A stretch of DNA of 64,000 nt from the NCBI GenBank assembly GCA_042571725.1, contig JBHPFN010000002.1:14030-78029 (forward strand), given 5' to 3'. The DNA is from Candidatus Omnitrophota bacterium. GTDB taxonomy: Bacteria > Omnitrophota > Gorgyraeia > VGKH01 > JBHPFN01. The position numbers and the translations under genes are program-made. Each line of letters starts with the position of its first letter. The first letter of the stretch is position 1. Below, in pieces: positions 42,786-51,381 of this stretch. The notes beneath the pieces are model-generated. The model did no database searches. It had not been told where the DNA came from and saw only the letters and a program-made list of their open reading frames with translations.

Positions 42786-43934
42786 ATGAAAATATCAAAA
42801 CGCGTTGAACAGATGAAGCCCTCCGGCATACGGGCATTTTTTGATCTCGTCTTAGGGATGAAAGACGTTATTTCTCTGGGCGTAGGTGAGCCGGATTTTG
42901 ACACCCCCTGGCATATCCGAGAAGCGGCTATTTATTCGCTTGAGAAAGGCTTTACCTCCTATACTTCCAATAAAGGCATGATTGAGCTGAGGAGACAAAT
43001 CGCAAGTTTCTTGCGCCACCGATACGGCTTACAATATGACCCTGAGGAAGAGATCCTTATTACCGTGGGGGTTAGCGAAGCATACGATTTAGCAATGCGC
43101 GCGCTGATTAACCCCAATGATCGCATTATAGTTCCTGAACCATCATACGTATCATACTATCCGATTGTTTCTCTTGTCGGGGGAAGGCCAGTATACATAA
43201 AGACGGATGTGAAAAAAGGCTTTAAGCTGGAACCAAAAAAAATATCTGATTTGTGTACTCGCGGGACCAAGGGATTATTGATTAACTACCCTGCAAATCC
43301 CACAGGAGCTTCATACAAAAAAGAAGAGTTACGGGAAATTAGTAAGGTAGCTATTAAAAAAGACTTAATCGTAGTCAGCGACGAAGTCTATGATGAGCTT
43401 ACCTATGACTTTAAACATACCCCCCTTGCAACCTTAAAAGGCATGAAGTCGCGGACGGTATATTTAAACGGTTTCTCTAAGGCATACGCAATGACGGGAT
43501 TCCGCATTGGATATGCATGCGGGCCCCGCGCTATTATTCAGGCAATGACAAAAATTCATCAGTATACAATGCTCTGCGCTTCCATTACTGCTCAGATAGC
43601 TGCGCAGGAGGCATTGAGAAAAGGTATGCCTTCAGTCGAGCAGATGAAGAGGGAATACCGCCGGCGCAGGGAATTTGTCGTCGACGGGCTCAATAACTTA
43701 GGGCTGGAATGTCATAAACCGGAAGGCGCATTTTATGTCTTTCCTTCTATAAAGAATACAGGATATGACTCGATAACGTTTGCTCAGGAGCTCTTAAAGC
43801 GCAAAAAAGTTGCGTTAGTCCCAGGAGGCGCGTTTGGGCCTTCGGGCAAAGGGCATGTAAGAATCTCCTATGCATCAAGCTTTGAAGGTCTTAAAGAAGC
43901 TTTGGAGCGCATGGCAGAATTCTTAAAGCGGTAA
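42786..43934 (+). CDS. Class I/II PLP-dependent aminotransferase (aspartate aminotransferase-like)
   Basis: ...LG.GEPDFDTP, NYP.NPTG, SDEVY..L.Y, FSKAYAMTGFRIGY (PLP Lys) and R.S. Confidence 0.85.
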   Translation: MKISKRVEQMKPSGIRAFFDLVLGMKDVISLGVGEPDFDTPWHIREAAIYSLEKGFTSYTSNKGMIELRRQIASFLRHRYGLQYDPEEEILITVGVSEAYDLAMRALINPNDRIIVPEPSYVSYYPIVSLVGGRPVYIKTDVKKGFKLEPKKISDLCTRGTKGLLINYPANPTGASYKKEELREISKVAIKKDLIVVSDEVYDELTYDFKHTPLATLKGMKSRTVYLNGFSKAYAMTGFRIGYACGPRAIIQAMTKIHQYTMLCASITAQIAAQEALRKGMPSVEQMKREYRRRREFVVDGLNNLGLECHKPEGAFYVFPSIKNTGYDSITFAQELLKRKKVALVPGGAFGPSGKGHVRISYASSFEGLKEALERMAEFLKR

Positions 43935-43952
43935 GCCGTACTCTATAGAACC

Positions 43953-44339
43953 ATGAACGCATATAAACGAAAGAAAGAAAAAGACAGCCTCGATTTTGAA
44001 ATTGAGTTTTTTGAAAAACTCTTACGAAGAAGGCCGGAGTTTATCGAGGTGCTGCGCGCTCTCGGGGATGCGTATACTCAGCGGGGATATTATGCAAAGG
44101 GGCTTGCGGTTGATAAGAAGTTAGCTCAGCTTCGGCCGGATGATGCGCTTATATTCTATAATCTTGCCTGCAGCTATTCTTTAATGCGGGAGATCGAACG
44201 TTCTTTAGAGGCCATTACTAGGGCTATCGAGTTAGGGTACGACGATTTTACTTTTTTACATAACGATGCGGATTTAGAGAATCTACGCGCAGACATTCGT
44301 TTCCGCGACATGATGTCAAAACTTCAACTGAAGCTGTAA
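43953..44339 (+). CDS. Small TPR-like repeat protein
   Basis: TPR-like helices (ALGDAYTQRGYYAKGLAVDKKLAQLRPDDALIFYNLACSYS). Confidence 0.65.
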   Translation: MNAYKRKKEKDSLDFEIEFFEKLLRRRPEFIEVLRALGDAYTQRGYYAKGLAVDKKLAQLRPDDALIFYNLACSYSLMREIERSLEAITRAIELGYDDFTFLHNDADLENLRADIRFRDMMSKLQLKL

Positions 44340-44373
44340 CCTGCCGCGTTTATTTCTATCATTGTACATAACC

Positions 44374-46308
44374 ATGGGAAGAAAAAAACAGAAAAGACAA
44401 GACAGAAGAAAGTACATTCGGCTTAAAAGTGTTTTTCCTGTTGAGTTTCGGGTAGTTTCAGACACTGAGCCGCGTTGGCAGCAGGGCTTCACTTCGGATG
44501 TAAGCACCGATGGTATATGTTTAAAGATTAACAATGCCGACGAACAATACCTGCAGGATATTTACCGAGGGGGAATGCGGCTATCGCTGCGAATTGATAT
44601 TCCGCTTACGGGCAAAGGCACAAACGCGCTTGCCAAAATTACCTGGATACGTAAAGAAAAAGACGCTCCTATTAATCGATATGCAGTAGGCCTTGAGTTT
44701 GTAAAGGTTGACCCCGCAGAAGCCTATCGGATGGTGCGCTATGCCAGGCGGCTACGGAGTTCGGGAAGGTTGGCATTCTATTGTGTTTTTATCGTCGGAT
44801 TGTATGCTAGTTTTATGTATGTTAACAATGTAGAGATGCGCTATGAAAACCAGGACTTAGTGCAAAAGTTAGTTAACAGCGTGCGGCAAGAGGAGGTTCT
44901 TGAGGGGAATTTGCAGAAACTTTCCAGGGAAAAGGAAAACGCCGAAGATCAAATATTGGCTTATGGTGAGCGCGCAGCATTCTTAGAAAAGAAGATTACC
45001 GAGGTGCAGATCAGAGGAGACGAGCGTCTCGAGAAAGAGGTATCGGATTTGAAAGAAGAATTGTCTCTGGCTAAAAAGGAAAAAAAGAAAATAGAAAAAG
45101 AGCTCTTAGAAGCAGAAAGAAAAACAAAAGAAATCCAAGATTCGCTTGTTTCAATAAAGCAAGAAAAAGAGGTTCTTAAAAAAGCTACGATAGAGAAGAT
45201 GTATACGTGGCTTTCGATTCATCAAAACCCCCGCACGGGCCTGGTTATGAGCTTTGAAGGCGATCAGCAGGTAGGCGACTGGGCATTCATCTATGACCAA
45301 TCCTTGGCAGCGCAGGCGTATCTTTTATTCGACGACACCGAGCGGGCTAAAAAGATATTTAATTTTTTCCAAAGGACAGCACCGGAGACCTTCGAAGGAT
45401 TTGCTAATGCCTACTTTGCGAGTTCTGAGGACGTTGCAGAGTATTCGGTGCACGCAGGGCCCAATATTTGGGTGGGCATTGCGTTGTTGCAGTATTTTCA
45501 TAAAACCTCAAGCGATGAATATATGCCTTTGACAAAAAAAATTGCCGATTGGCTTATTGCGTTTCAAGAACAAGATCCCGAGGGAGGCATACGGGGAGGC
45601 CCTAAGGATCGATGGTTTTCTACTGAGCACAATTTAGATGCCTTTGCGTTTTTCAGCATGTTCTATGAGATTACCGGTGAGCAAAAATATAATCTGGCCA
45701 GAGATAAAGTCCTCCAGTGGGTCGTGGCACACGCCTATGACAAAACAGAGGTACCTATCAAGCGCGGCAAGGGAGACGCTACCATCGCTACCGATACCTA
45801 CGCCTGGTCAATCGCTGCATTGGGTCCTAAGCTCCTCAAAAAAGTAGCAATGGACCCTGATGAAATTATTACATTTGCAGAGGAGAATTGCGGCGTACAG
45901 GTAAACTATGAGCGCTCCAATGGAGAGGTAATTGCTGTCAAAGGATTTGATTTTGCAAAATACAGAAACATGCCTCGGGAAGGCATCATTTCAACAGAAT
46001 GGACAGCGCAGATGGTGCTGGCGTTTAAGATTATGCAGGAATATTACCGTACGAGTAATGATGTAGTAAAGAGTGAATACTATGCGGGAAAATATTCTGA
46101 TTATGTAAGCGAACTGGAGAAGCTGGTTATTTCTTCCCCGTCTCCGACCGGGCAGGGAGAAGGTTGCTTGCCGTACGCAACAGAAGACGATGTAGATACT
46201 GGCCACGGCTGGAGGACACCGCGAGGAAAATCAACCGGTTCCTTGGCGGCAACGGCGTATACAATCTTTGCCCAAAAAGGATATAATCCTCTGCAGCTGA
46301 AAAAATAA
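44374..46308 (+). CDS. PilZ domain - TM - coiled coil - large C-terminal alpha-helical domain fusion protein
   Basis: RRKYIR (RRxxxR) and DVSTDG (DxSxxG) PilZ c-di-GMP-binding motifs. One TM (LAFYCVFIVGLYASFMYV), a K/E-rich coiled coil and about 370 aa of uncharacterised C-terminus. ATG at 44374 is preferred over TTG at 44362. Confidence 0.75.
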   Translation: MGRKKQKRQDRRKYIRLKSVFPVEFRVVSDTEPRWQQGFTSDVSTDGICLKINNADEQYLQDIYRGGMRLSLRIDIPLTGKGTNALAKITWIRKEKDAPINRYAVGLEFVKVDPAEAYRMVRYARRLRSSGRLAFYCVFIVGLYASFMYVNNVEMRYENQDLVQKLVNSVRQEEVLEGNLQKLSREKENAEDQILAYGERAAFLEKKITEVQIRGDERLEKEVSDLKEELSLAKKEKKKIEKELLEAERKTKEIQDSLVSIKQEKEVLKKATIEKMYTWLSIHQNPRTGLVMSFEGDQQVGDWAFIYDQSLAAQAYLLFDDTERAKKIFNFFQRTAPETFEGFANAYFASSEDVAEYSVHAGPNIWVGIALLQYFHKTSSDEYMPLTKKIADWLIAFQEQDPEGGIRGGPKDRWFSTEHNLDAFAFFSMFYEITGEQKYNLARDKVLQWVVAHAYDKTEVPIKRGKGDATIATDTYAWSIAALGPKLLKKVAMDPDEIITFAEENCGVQVNYERSNGEVIAVKGFDFAKYRNMPREGIISTEWTAQMVLAFKIMQEYYRTSNDVVKSEYYAGKYSDYVSELEKLVISSPSPTGQGEGCLPYATEDDVDTGHGWRTPRGKSTGSLAATAYTIFAQKGYNPLQLKK

Positions 46309-46319
46309 AATAAAAAAGA

Positions 46320-49133
46320 GTGCTTTGTCTCAGAAAAAATATATTTTACTTCTGTTTAGCGTTATTCTGCATAAGCCCTTATGCGCATGCCGATGAAGTA
46401 CCTTCTTATTCTATCGATTGTAAAGTAGACGTAGCTTCGCATACCTTACGCGCGCACGAGAGAGTTGTCTTTACCAACCCCGTTGATCACCCCATCCAAG
46501 AGCTCTTTTTTCACATCTATCCTAACCGCCATTTTACCGAGCAGGAAAAGCAGTTTATCACCCGCTATGCCGGATACTTTAAGATGAATCCTTTTCCTGA
46601 GGGATTTCAAAGCGGTAGCTTTACCATCCACTCGGTGACGCAGAACGCAGAGCAGTTAGATTTTGAAATCACCTTAGAAGATAAAACGATACTTAAAGTA
46701 ATATTGCCTGAGCCGGTAGCTGCGCATGAAACTGTTGAAGTAGAGATCGATTTTAGCGCACGCATTCCTCATTCGTACGGGAGATTCGGCTGGCATGAAA
46801 ACATCATCAGCTTAGCGCGATGGTATCCGCTTCTTTCGGTTCTCGACGAAGAAGGTTGGCACAATTACCCCTTTTATCCGTACCATCAACCTTTTTTCGC
46901 CGAGGCAGCAACCTATAACGTCAATCTCACGGTTCCAACCGAGCAGATTATCGCACACACCGGATTGCTGAAAAATACTACAGAACACAACGACGGCACC
47001 AAGACCCTTTCGATCGAAACAGAGTTGCCGGTGCGCGATTTTACCCTTACGCTAAGTCCGGACTACCGTGTTTTTTCTTTAGAGCAAAACAACGTAAAAA
47101 TTAATTCCTACTATTTACCGGGTGACGAATTCTACGGAAAACAGGCAGCCCAAAACGTTGCCACCCTCATGGATAACTATAGCCGGCAGTTCGGAGATTA
47201 TCCCTATCGAGAATTTAACATCGCACCTGTTTTTTTAGGATACGGAGGCAATCAGGCTTCAAATATAATCTTGATAGATACCCGCGCCTATACACTGCCG
47301 AAGTTTTTGATCCGCTATTTCGATTTTCTTATCTCGCATGAAGCCGGGCACCAGTGGTTTTATAATATGGTAGGCTCTGATGAATACAAAGAAATGTGGA
47401 TCGACGAGGGGATTAATTCCTATTTCATCTCAGAATATTTAGAGGAAAAGTACGGGCCCGATGCTCAGGTGATGGTTTTACCAAAAGGCTTTAAGCACTT
47501 GATTCCGAATTTTTCATTCGAAAACGGAAGGATCATGCGATATATGTTTGTAGCCAAAAACGGATTGGATAGACCCGTGCTAGGAGAGCTTTCAAGCTTT
47601 CAAGAGCCCAGCAGTATATTTACGCTCGCCTACGGCAAGGGGTCGCTGGTGATGCAGATGTTGCGTTCGCTGGTAGGCGAGGAAACTTTTCAGAGCATTA
47701 TGAAGCGTTATTTTCAAGATTACGCATTCAAAAATATAAGCGTAGCTGATGTGGTTCGCATTGCCGAAGAGGAAAGTGCCCAAGAGCTAGATTGGTTTTT
47801 TGATCAATGGCTCTACACGGATAAGACCTGTGATTACGCAATAACCGAAGTGCGCAATAACACTATCACCGTTGAAAACCGCGGCCAGATTATCATGCCG
47901 GTAAAAACAACCATCGCCTTTTCCGACGGCACTACCAAAGACGACTATTGGGACGGACAGGGAGATGCAAGGCACATTGAGGCGGATGGTTCTGGTGTTA
48001 TCAGAAAGGTCATCGTCGATCCGGACAGTGCGCTTTTAGATATTGATAGGACAAATAACCTCTGGCCGAGAAGCTTAGAAGTGCAAGCAGTGCCACTTTA
48101 CTTTTTTGCTTACGAGATTCCGGTATTCCTCTCGCACGATTCATATAGTTTAATATATGGACCAGAAGTTCGAAATGGAGGTTTGGGGATAAGAGCAACG
48201 CTTCAGAAACCTTTTGATAATATCATAAGTCTTTCAACCACGTTTGATGTTAATTCGAGCGTTTTCAAGGCGGTGTTAGGTTTTGAGCAGAAGAATATTC
48301 TAAACACATTGCTTTCTGCAGGTATCGAGGTATTTAAAGACGAAGACCCGCACGGAAAAAACGAAGATTTAGACGGTGGCAAGGTGTATATCCGCCGGGA
48401 ACTGTGGCCCGCGCGCTACGGCTTGACAGAAATCAATGACCATGTAACACTGTATTTATTGCGCAATAGGAAGTTTGAAGGAAGCCTGATTGCATCCGGT
48501 AAAGAAGACCCCGAAGGTATCTCGTATAAGAGAAAGCATGAGGCAATCGTAGGCTTAGATTTTAGTTTTGATCGTGCCGGGCCGTATTTTGATCCGGAGG
48601 TCGGCTACCGGGTAAAATCAACCATTGAACACGCGGATCATTTTATGGGAGGCAAGGAGGCTTTTTCGCGATGTTCGGTTGATGTTAGTAAATACGTTGC
48701 ACTGCCTTTGGATCAAAAGCTCGCGTTTCACCTTAAGGTCGGCTGGGGATTTCCGTCGGATAAGAATTTATACGAACTGGGAGGCAATGAGAGCCTGCGC
48801 GGTTACGGCCATAAGGCATTGCGCGGTTCGCGAGTATTGCTGGGCAGCGTTGAATATCGATTTCCCATATGGAAAAATATCAACACGCGATTTTTAGATA
48901 ACACGATTACACTCCAGAGCCTTCATGGAGCGGCATTTTATGATGCGGGGAGAATTTGGCACGCGGCGTTTAGCGAGAACGGTTTAAAACACGATGCGGG
49001 CTTAGGCATAAGAGCACATATTGATATTGCCTCTTTTTTAGAGAAAATTATTCTGCGGATTGATATCGCTCAGGCAATCGATGAGCCGAAAGAAGATCCG
49101 CACGTATGGTTTGGCATAAGCCACACATTTTAA
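46320..49133 (+). CDS. M1-family zinc metallopeptidase fused to a C-terminal Omp85/BamA-type (surface antigen D15) beta-barrel
   Basis: GTG start and signal-like N-terminus. HEAGH-X18-E gluzincin motif at about 47337. The barrel-like C-terminus has LGGNESLRGY, ...GAAFYDAGRIW, GLGIR, RIDIA and a terminal ...FGISHTF (aromatic last residue). Confidence 0.75.
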   Translation: MLCLRKNIFYFCLALFCISPYAHADEVPSYSIDCKVDVASHTLRAHERVVFTNPVDHPIQELFFHIYPNRHFTEQEKQFITRYAGYFKMNPFPEGFQSGSFTIHSVTQNAEQLDFEITLEDKTILKVILPEPVAAHETVEVEIDFSARIPHSYGRFGWHENIISLARWYPLLSVLDEEGWHNYPFYPYHQPFFAEAATYNVNLTVPTEQIIAHTGLLKNTTEHNDGTKTLSIETELPVRDFTLTLSPDYRVFSLEQNNVKINSYYLPGDEFYGKQAAQNVATLMDNYSRQFGDYPYREFNIAPVFLGYGGNQASNIILIDTRAYTLPKFLIRYFDFLISHEAGHQWFYNMVGSDEYKEMWIDEGINSYFISEYLEEKYGPDAQVMVLPKGFKHLIPNFSFENGRIMRYMFVAKNGLDRPVLGELSSFQEPSSIFTLAYGKGSLVMQMLRSLVGEETFQSIMKRYFQDYAFKNISVADVVRIAEEESAQELDWFFDQWLYTDKTCDYAITEVRNNTITVENRGQIIMPVKTTIAFSDGTTKDDYWDGQGDARHIEADGSGVIRKVIVDPDSALLDIDRTNNLWPRSLEVQAVPLYFFAYEIPVFLSHDSYSLIYGPEVRNGGLGIRATLQKPFDNIISLSTTFDVNSSVFKAVLGFEQKNILNTLLSAGIEVFKDEDPHGKNEDLDGGKVYIRRELWPARYGLTEINDHVTLYLLRNRKFEGSLIASGKEDPEGISYKRKHEAIVGLDFSFDRAGPYFDPEVGYRVKSTIEHADHFMGGKEAFSRCSVDVSKYVALPLDQKLAFHLKVGWGFPSDKNLYELGGNESLRGYGHKALRGSRVLLGSVEYRFPIWKNINTRFLDNTITLQSLHGAAFYDAGRIWHAAFSENGLKHDAGLGIRAHIDIASFLEKIILRIDIAQAIDEPKEDPHVWFGISHTF

Positions 49134-49143
49134 TATTGAGCGT

Positions 49144-49863
49144 ATGAAAATTCGATCACTGTTATTGTTGTTTACCATTGCTATTACGCTTTTTTCTGCT
49201 GCATATTTTGTATTCGCGGGAGTCGATGCATATTCTCGTTTGAGAGAGGAAATGGTGGAGAAGCAGATCAAAAACAGAGGTATAAAAGATGCAAATGTGC
49301 TTTCGGCGATGCGCACAGTGGAGCGGCATCGGTTTGTGCCGAAGAGCCGGAGGCTCTTTGCATACGCAGATTCAGCACTTCCTATAGGAGAAGATCAAAC
49401 TATCTCCCAGCCCTACATTGTTGCGCTTATGACCGAGGCACTGCGTCTTAAGAAAGGCGATAAGGTCTTAGAAGTCGGCACAGGTTCGGGATATCAGGCA
49501 GCAATCTTGGGAGAATTCGTCGATCAAGTCTATACGATAGAAATTATCTGTTCTCTGGCTAACCGCTCAGAGAAGCTTTTGCAGGAGCTTGGGTACTCTA
49601 ATATACACGTGAAGTGTGGCGATGGATATTTAGGCTGGCCTGATCAGGCATCCTTTGATGCGATAATCGTAACCTGCGCGATTGATGAAGTTCCAGGCCC
49701 TCTTATAGAACAATTAGCCGAAGGCGGACGCCTGGTTATTCCCTTGGGCCCCCAAGGCTATCAAAATTTAACGCTCATAGAAAAGAAAGACAATCAAATT
49801 ACCAGATCATTTATTACAGGGTGTAGATTTGTGCCCATGACCGGCGATAATGTTGTTCAATAA
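49144..49863 (+). CDS. pcm: Protein-L-isoaspartate O-methyltransferase with an N-terminal hydrophobic (signal/anchor) extension
   Basis: V..AM..V.RH.FVP......AY.D.ALPIGE.QTISQPYIVA.MTE.L......KVLEVGTGSGYQAAIL. Confidence 0.85.
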   Translation: MKIRSLLLLFTIAITLFSAAYFVFAGVDAYSRLREEMVEKQIKNRGIKDANVLSAMRTVERHRFVPKSRRLFAYADSALPIGEDQTISQPYIVALMTEALRLKKGDKVLEVGTGSGYQAAILGEFVDQVYTIEIICSLANRSEKLLQELGYSNIHVKCGDGYLGWPDQASFDAIIVTCAIDEVPGPLIEQLAEGGRLVIPLGPQGYQNLTLIEKKDNQITRSFITGCRFVPMTGDNVVQ

Positions 49864-49880
49864 AAAAGGAGAGTGTTGTT

Positions 49881-50399
49881 ATGGATGTAATGGATGCGAT
49901 TAAACAAAGAAGAAGCGTGCGTAGTTACCTTCAAAAGCCGGTTGAGAAAGAAAAACTAAAACGTATTCTCGAGGCTGCTGGCTTAGCGCCCTCTGCGGGC
50001 AATCGGCAGGAGTGGCGGTTTATTGTTGTCCTTGATAGGGCAACCAGAGAGAGGCTTATGGAAGCCGCGAAAAACCAACCATTCGTAGGAGAGGCACCGG
50101 TGGTGATTGCAGCCTGTGCCAAGACAGATAATCATGTGATGACCTGCGGCCAGGCATGCTATCCGATCGATGTTGCCATAGCAATTGATCACTTAACGCT
50201 CAAGGCTACCGAAGAAGGCTTAGGAAGTTGTTGGATAGGCGCGTTTCACGAAGACCGGGTAAAAGAGATCTTAGGTATTCCTATAGAGATACGCGTGGTT
50301 GAGCTGGTTACCGTCGGATATGCAGCTGATTCTTTAGATAAGGAAAAAAACAGACTTGCCTTAGATGAGATCGTGATGCATGAAACATGGCAGAAATAA
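49881..50399 (+). CDS. Nitroreductase family protein
   Basis: AIKQRRSVRSY and APSAGN.Q.WRF.VV motifs. AAGGAG RBS. Confidence 0.8.
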   Translation: MDVMDAIKQRRSVRSYLQKPVEKEKLKRILEAAGLAPSAGNRQEWRFIVVLDRATRERLMEAAKNQPFVGEAPVVIAACAKTDNHVMTCGQACYPIDVAIAIDHLTLKATEEGLGSCWIGAFHEDRVKEILGIPIEIRVVELVTVGYAADSLDKEKNRLALDEIVMHETWQK

Positions 50400-50437
50400 T
50401 GATTCATATCATATGATTAAACCGGAGCAAAAAAATA

Positions 50438-51364
50438 ATGACAGAAAAAATTGATGATAATTTCCGTTGCGGCTTTGTCGCGGTTGTGGGCAGGCCTAAC
50501 GCAGGAAAATCGACCCTGGTAAATACGATCCTGAAGAGAAAAATAGCGATAGTAACACGCGTGCCTCAGACCACGCGCAATATTATCCGTGGCATCTATA
50601 ACGCCAAGGATATCCAGATTATCTTTGTGGATACCCCGGGCCTGCATAATCCTAAAGACCATTTAGGTAAGATGATGAATAAGACCAGCCGTCAGACCAT
50701 AGACGATGTTGATATCGTGCTTTATTTAATGGATACTAGCAGGCCTCCGGAAAAAGAAGAAAAGAGGATCATTGAAACGGTACAGAGAGCAAAAAAGCCA
50801 ATTATTTTAGGATTGAATAAGGTTGATTTAGGCGCCAAGCATATGAAAGACTATATTGACTTATGGCAAGAGGCTACAGGTAAAGATATAACAACGCTTG
50901 AGGATTCAATAAAGCTGTTGCCGCTCTCTAGCCTTAAGGGTACGCAGATAAAAGAGCTCATGGATATTATTACCAAGCTACTGCCGAAATCAGTGCCGCT
51001 TTTCCCGGTAGATGTGGTATCAGATTTTCCCCAGCGGCTGTTTATAGCCGAGCTTGTACGGGAGAAATTATTTAATCTGTTGCGGGACGAGATTCCTTAC
51101 GGCTTAAGCGTAAGCGTTGAGGATATCGTTGAGCAGAAAAAGAATCTCTTAGCTATTTACATGATTATTCTTGTGGACAGGGATTCACAGAAGAAAATCG
51201 TGATTGGCCAGAAGGGGAGCTTATTGAAGAAAGCCGGCACAGAAGCACGCAAAGAATTAGAGAAATTACTGGGTAAAAAGGTATACCTCGATTTGCGGGT
51301 CAAAACAAGAAGAGACTGGCGGGATAACGCGCGCGTCTTGCAAGAATTAGGCCTTATTGAATAG
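50438..51364 (+). CDS. era: GTPase Era
   Basis: G1 GRPNAGKST, G2 TTR, G3 DTPG, NK.D, and a C-terminal KH domain (IIGQKGSLLK). Confidence 0.9.
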   Translation: MTEKIDDNFRCGFVAVVGRPNAGKSTLVNTILKRKIAIVTRVPQTTRNIIRGIYNAKDIQIIFVDTPGLHNPKDHLGKMMNKTSRQTIDDVDIVLYLMDTSRPPEKEEKRIIETVQRAKKPIILGLNKVDLGAKHMKDYIDLWQEATGKDITTLEDSIKLLPLSSLKGTQIKELMDIITKLLPKSVPLFPVDVVSDFPQRLFIAELVREKLFNLLRDEIPYGLSVSVEDIVEQKKNLLAIYMIILVDRDSQKKIVIGQKGSLLKKAGTEARKELEKLLGKKVYLDLRVKTRRDWRDNARVLQELGLIE

Positions 51365-51381
51365 CGTATCTTAGGCCGTCG

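Noticed and set aside
51365-51381. A bidirectional terminator between the convergent era gene and giant gene A
   Set aside because: Only 17 nt separate the two stop codons, and I could not find a stem-loop there.
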